Shown in pieces: positions 61,530-64,000 of a DNA stretch of 64,000 bases. Under the pieces are notes generated by a model that ran no database searches, was not told the origin of the DNA, and saw only the letters and a program-made list of their open reading frames with translations. The number at the start of each line of letters is the position of its first letter. Position 1 is the stretch's first letter. Where the stretch lies: assembly GCA_964437495.1 (NCBI GenBank), contig CAYTGV010000002.1:87582-151581 (forward strand). The letters run 5' to 3'. The DNA is from an uncultured Planctomycetia bacterium. GTDB taxonomy: Bacteria > Omnitrophota > Gorgyraeia > B26-G9. Made by a program: the position numbers and the translations under genes.

Positions 61530-61713
61530 TAACCAGTAACCAGTTATCAGTTGCCAGTTACTTTTAAGTAGCGAGTAACGAGTAGCAAAAGAAACAAACA
61601 CAGACATAAATCAGAGACAATAGCAACCTTGGACTATTGGCCATTTTTGCTTTTTCTTCCTTCACCCAAGCGCAGCAATCGTCCTTCGTCCCTCTATGCT
61701 CTGTTTTCTATCT
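61530..61713. repeat. Degenerate heptamer repeat tracts in the divergent intergenic region
   Basis: taaccag taaccag ttatcag ttgccag ... cgagtaa cgagtag (61530-61585); tcgtcct tcgtccc tctatgc tctgttt tctatct (61679-61713). Confidence 0.6.
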
Positions 61714-61717
61714 AAGC

Positions 61718-61747
61718 TTGACAATATCTTCTTTGATATGTTAAAGT
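61718..61747 (+). promoter_or_regulatory. Promoter for gnnA-like-lpxB
   Basis: TTGACA-N18-TAAAGT with TG, 10 nt before ATG 61758. Confidence 0.45.
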
Positions 61748-61757
61748 TAATAACATT

Positions 61758-62678
61758 ATGAAGAAAATAAAAGTAGCTGTTATCGGAACAGGGCATCTGG
61801 GTAAAATCCATGCACGAATATATAATGATATGCGTGGTGTGGACTTAATCGGCATTTGCGACACTGATGCTGCAAAAGTAAACGCATATGCAGATGAGTT
61901 TAAGAGCACCGCTTATCTTGATTATAGACAGCTTTTTAAAAAGGTTGATGCTGTAAGCATTGCCACCCCGACTATCACACATTTTAAAATTGCCAGAGAC
62001 TTTTTAAAGAATAATATCCATGTGCTGGTTGAAAAACCCATTACTCCGACTATGATAGAGGCCCAAAAATTAGTAAAAATTGCACGGACAAAAAGAAATA
62101 TCCTGCAAGTAGGTCATGTTGAACGTTTTAATCCAGCTATTACAACCATACAGGGCTTTTGCAAAAATCCAAAATTCATAGAATGTCACCGATTAAGTCC
62201 ATATCCTAAAAGGGGCACTGATGTAAGTGTAATTCTCGATCTGATGATCCATGATATAGACATTGTCCTGTCTTTAGTGAAATCCCCTCTGAAAAAGACA
62301 CATGCCATAGGCGTTAATGTGCTTTCAAAAAATGAGGACATTGCCAGTGTCAGATTGATTTTTAAAAACGGTACAGTATGCAATCTCACAGCCAGTCGGG
62401 TTAGTGATGAAGGTATGAGAAAAATACGTATATTTCAAAAAGATTCATATCTTAGCCTTGATTATGCCCAGCAAAAGATAATTTACTTTAAAAAAGAAAA
62501 TGATATGATTACGAAAAATGAAATCCTTGTGAGAAAAAAGGAGCCCCTGGTAGAGGAACTAAGTTCATTTATTGATTGCATCAAAAAAGGTAAACAGCCT
62601 GTTGTACGCGGTAAAGAAGGAAAAGATGCCCTTGAAATCGCACTATCCATAATAAAACAAATCCGTAAAAATGCCTAA
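61758..62678 (+). CDS. Gfo/Idh/MocA oxidoreductase, GnnA-like (UDP-GlcNAc 3-dehydrogenase)
   Basis: GTGHLG, VEKPI, QVGHVERFNPA, DVSVILDLMIHDID, TASRVS; overlaps lpxB. Confidence 0.85.
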   Translation: MKKIKVAVIGTGHLGKIHARIYNDMRGVDLIGICDTDAAKVNAYADEFKSTAYLDYRQLFKKVDAVSIATPTITHFKIARDFLKNNIHVLVEKPITPTMIEAQKLVKIARTKRNILQVGHVERFNPAITTIQGFCKNPKFIECHRLSPYPKRGTDVSVILDLMIHDIDIVLSLVKSPLKKTHAIGVNVLSKNEDIASVRLIFKNGTVCNLTASRVSDEGMRKIRIFQKDSYLSLDYAQQKIIYFKKENDMITKNEILVRKKEPLVEELSSFIDCIKKGKQPVVRGKEGKDALEIALSIIKQIRKNA

Positions 62679-63816
62679 ATCTATTATAATTATTGCCGGA
62701 GAGCCTTCTGCAGACATGCACGGTGCGGCTCTCACAAGGCAGCTAAAAATTTCAAATCCTGACCTTATAATTTCAGGGGTCGGCGGTCCTCAGATGAGAA
62801 AAGCCGGAGTGAAAACCTTTGATGATCTGACCCAGTATGCTGTTATAGGTTTCATAGAGGTTTTAAGGCATTACCATATTTTTAAAAAAGCCTTTGACCT
62901 CACATTAGCGAAAATTAAAAGGGAACAGCCTATTGCTGTAATATTGATCGACTATCCGGGCTTTAATTTAAGACTTGCTAAAAGAATTAAACAGGATATC
63001 CCCCAAACTAAAATTATTTACTACATATCTCCGCAAATCTGGGCCTGGGGCAGAAAACGCATAAATTTAATTAAACAGACAATAGACAAGATGCTTGTTG
63101 TATTCAAATTTGAAGAAACCCTTTATAAAGAAAACGGGGTCAATGCTGAATTTGTCGGTCATCCTTTATTAGAAAAATTTACAGAACTAAAGCCGGAAAA
63201 AGAAACATTGAAAAACATGAATCTAAGCACTGAAGACAGGATATTAAGCATCCTGCCCGGCTCAAGGGTCAACGAGGTCAAGAAACTAATGCCTGTAATG
63301 CTAAAAGCAGCAGAGCTATTACAAAAAAAGATGCCAGAGATTAATTTTTTGCTTATCCGAGCATCAAATATAAGCCTTGATCTCATTAATAAACTAGCAA
63401 GGAATTATGCGCATCTAAATTTAAGGATTATTGACAGGCAAACATATAATGCTATAAACATATCTAGCTTTGCCTGGGTTTGTTCTGGAACAGCAACACT
63501 GGAAACAGCGATTTTAGGAATCCCAATGCTGGTTTTATACAAAACCAGTTTTCTTACCTGGTTTGCATCTAAATTATTAATTGGACTTCCTTCTATCGGG
63601 CTTGTAAATATCGTCGCAGGAAAAAAAATCGTCCCTGAGTTCATTCAATACCAAGTTACTCCTGCCAATATTATTAAAGCCTCATGCGATTTTTTTAATT
63701 TATCCCCTGAGAAACAGGCTGGCATTAAACAACAGCTGGCAAAGGTCAAACTCAATTTAGGCATATCTAATGCCAATAAGAATGCAGCTAAAGCTATAGC
63801 CGCATTAATCGGCTAA
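62671..63816 (+). CDS. lpxB: Lipid-A-disaccharide synthase
   Basis: AGEPSADMHG, IDYPGFN, SPQIWAW, FVGHP, LPGSR, SGTATLE. Confidence 0.95.
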   Translation: MPKSIIIIAGEPSADMHGAALTRQLKISNPDLIISGVGGPQMRKAGVKTFDDLTQYAVIGFIEVLRHYHIFKKAFDLTLAKIKREQPIAVILIDYPGFNLRLAKRIKQDIPQTKIIYYISPQIWAWGRKRINLIKQTIDKMLVVFKFEETLYKENGVNAEFVGHPLLEKFTELKPEKETLKNMNLSTEDRILSILPGSRVNEVKKLMPVMLKAAELLQKKMPEINFLLIRASNISLDLINKLARNYAHLNLRIIDRQTYNAINISSFAWVCSGTATLETAILGIPMLVLYKTSFLTWFASKLLIGLPSIGLVNIVAGKKIVPEFIQYQVTPANIIKASCDFFNLSPEKQAGIKQQLAKVKLNLGISNANKNAAKAIAALIG

Positions 63817-64000
63817 TTATGGCCCGTTGCTACCACCCTCTGTCCCATCTAGACCCAAAGTAATCGTCCAATCAGTATATGGTCCGCTTTTTCGTTTTGC
63901 TGTACCAGTCTGGGTTAAATCATCAAAATCATACTCCCATGATCTTCGGGCATTCTTGTTTGGATTTTCAAGCCCAACCGAGGTCCACGGCAGATCGCCT
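63817..64000 (-). CDS. 3' end of a gene entering from the right, possibly a type IV pilin C-terminus
   Basis: Open frame GDLPWTSVGLENPNKNARRSWEYDF...TAKRKSGPYTDWTITLGLDG...P*; AxRxxGPY also occurs in the pilin pseudogene at 27243-27647. Confidence 0.5.
   Translation of the reverse strand, partial: GDLPWTSVGLENPNKNARRSWEYDFDDLTQTGTAKRKSGPYTDWTITLGLDGTEGGSNGP

Overview
AT-rich, mostly housekeeping chromosomal window from a diderm (LPS-making) bacterium. The best guess is PVC superphylum, Omnitrophota-like; this is inference from Zn-ribbon SpoVG, the LpxC-FabZ fusion, LpxI, the pilin style and gene order. Almost all genes are on the minus strand up to about 61.5 kb. Contents: AddAB; an unusual four-gene RND operon (AMIN-TolC fusion, MFP, RND with a C-terminal winged-helix, second RND); an rpoD-linked RNA cluster; dnaG/rpoD; decayed type IV pilus genes; metF/aroK/PilZ; lptD; accD; a lipid A/BAM block; dnaB-rplI-rpsR-ssb-rpsF; pth-rplY-prs-glmU-tRNA-Gln-spoVG-ispE; split transketolase; an FtsH-like protease; a TPR lipoprotein; a 31-aa bS22-like gene missing from the ORF track; hisG; an lpxL-like gene; a gnnA-like gene; lpxB. 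The RNA cluster holds a 179-nt 6S-like rod, tRNA-Ile2, a broken tRNA-Val copy, tRNA-Val, a second structured RNA, a Zn-ribbon gene, rnhA and an atypical RNase P RNA overlapping rnhA. Most interesting: (1) the AMIN-TolC / RND-wHTH export module; (2) a palindromic repeat family inside RNase P RNA P12 and at a tRNA 3' end; (3) two unannotated structured RNAs; (4) several pseudogenes suggesting gene decay. No CRISPR array, integrase or transposase was seen. All calls come from reading motifs by eye; no searches were run.
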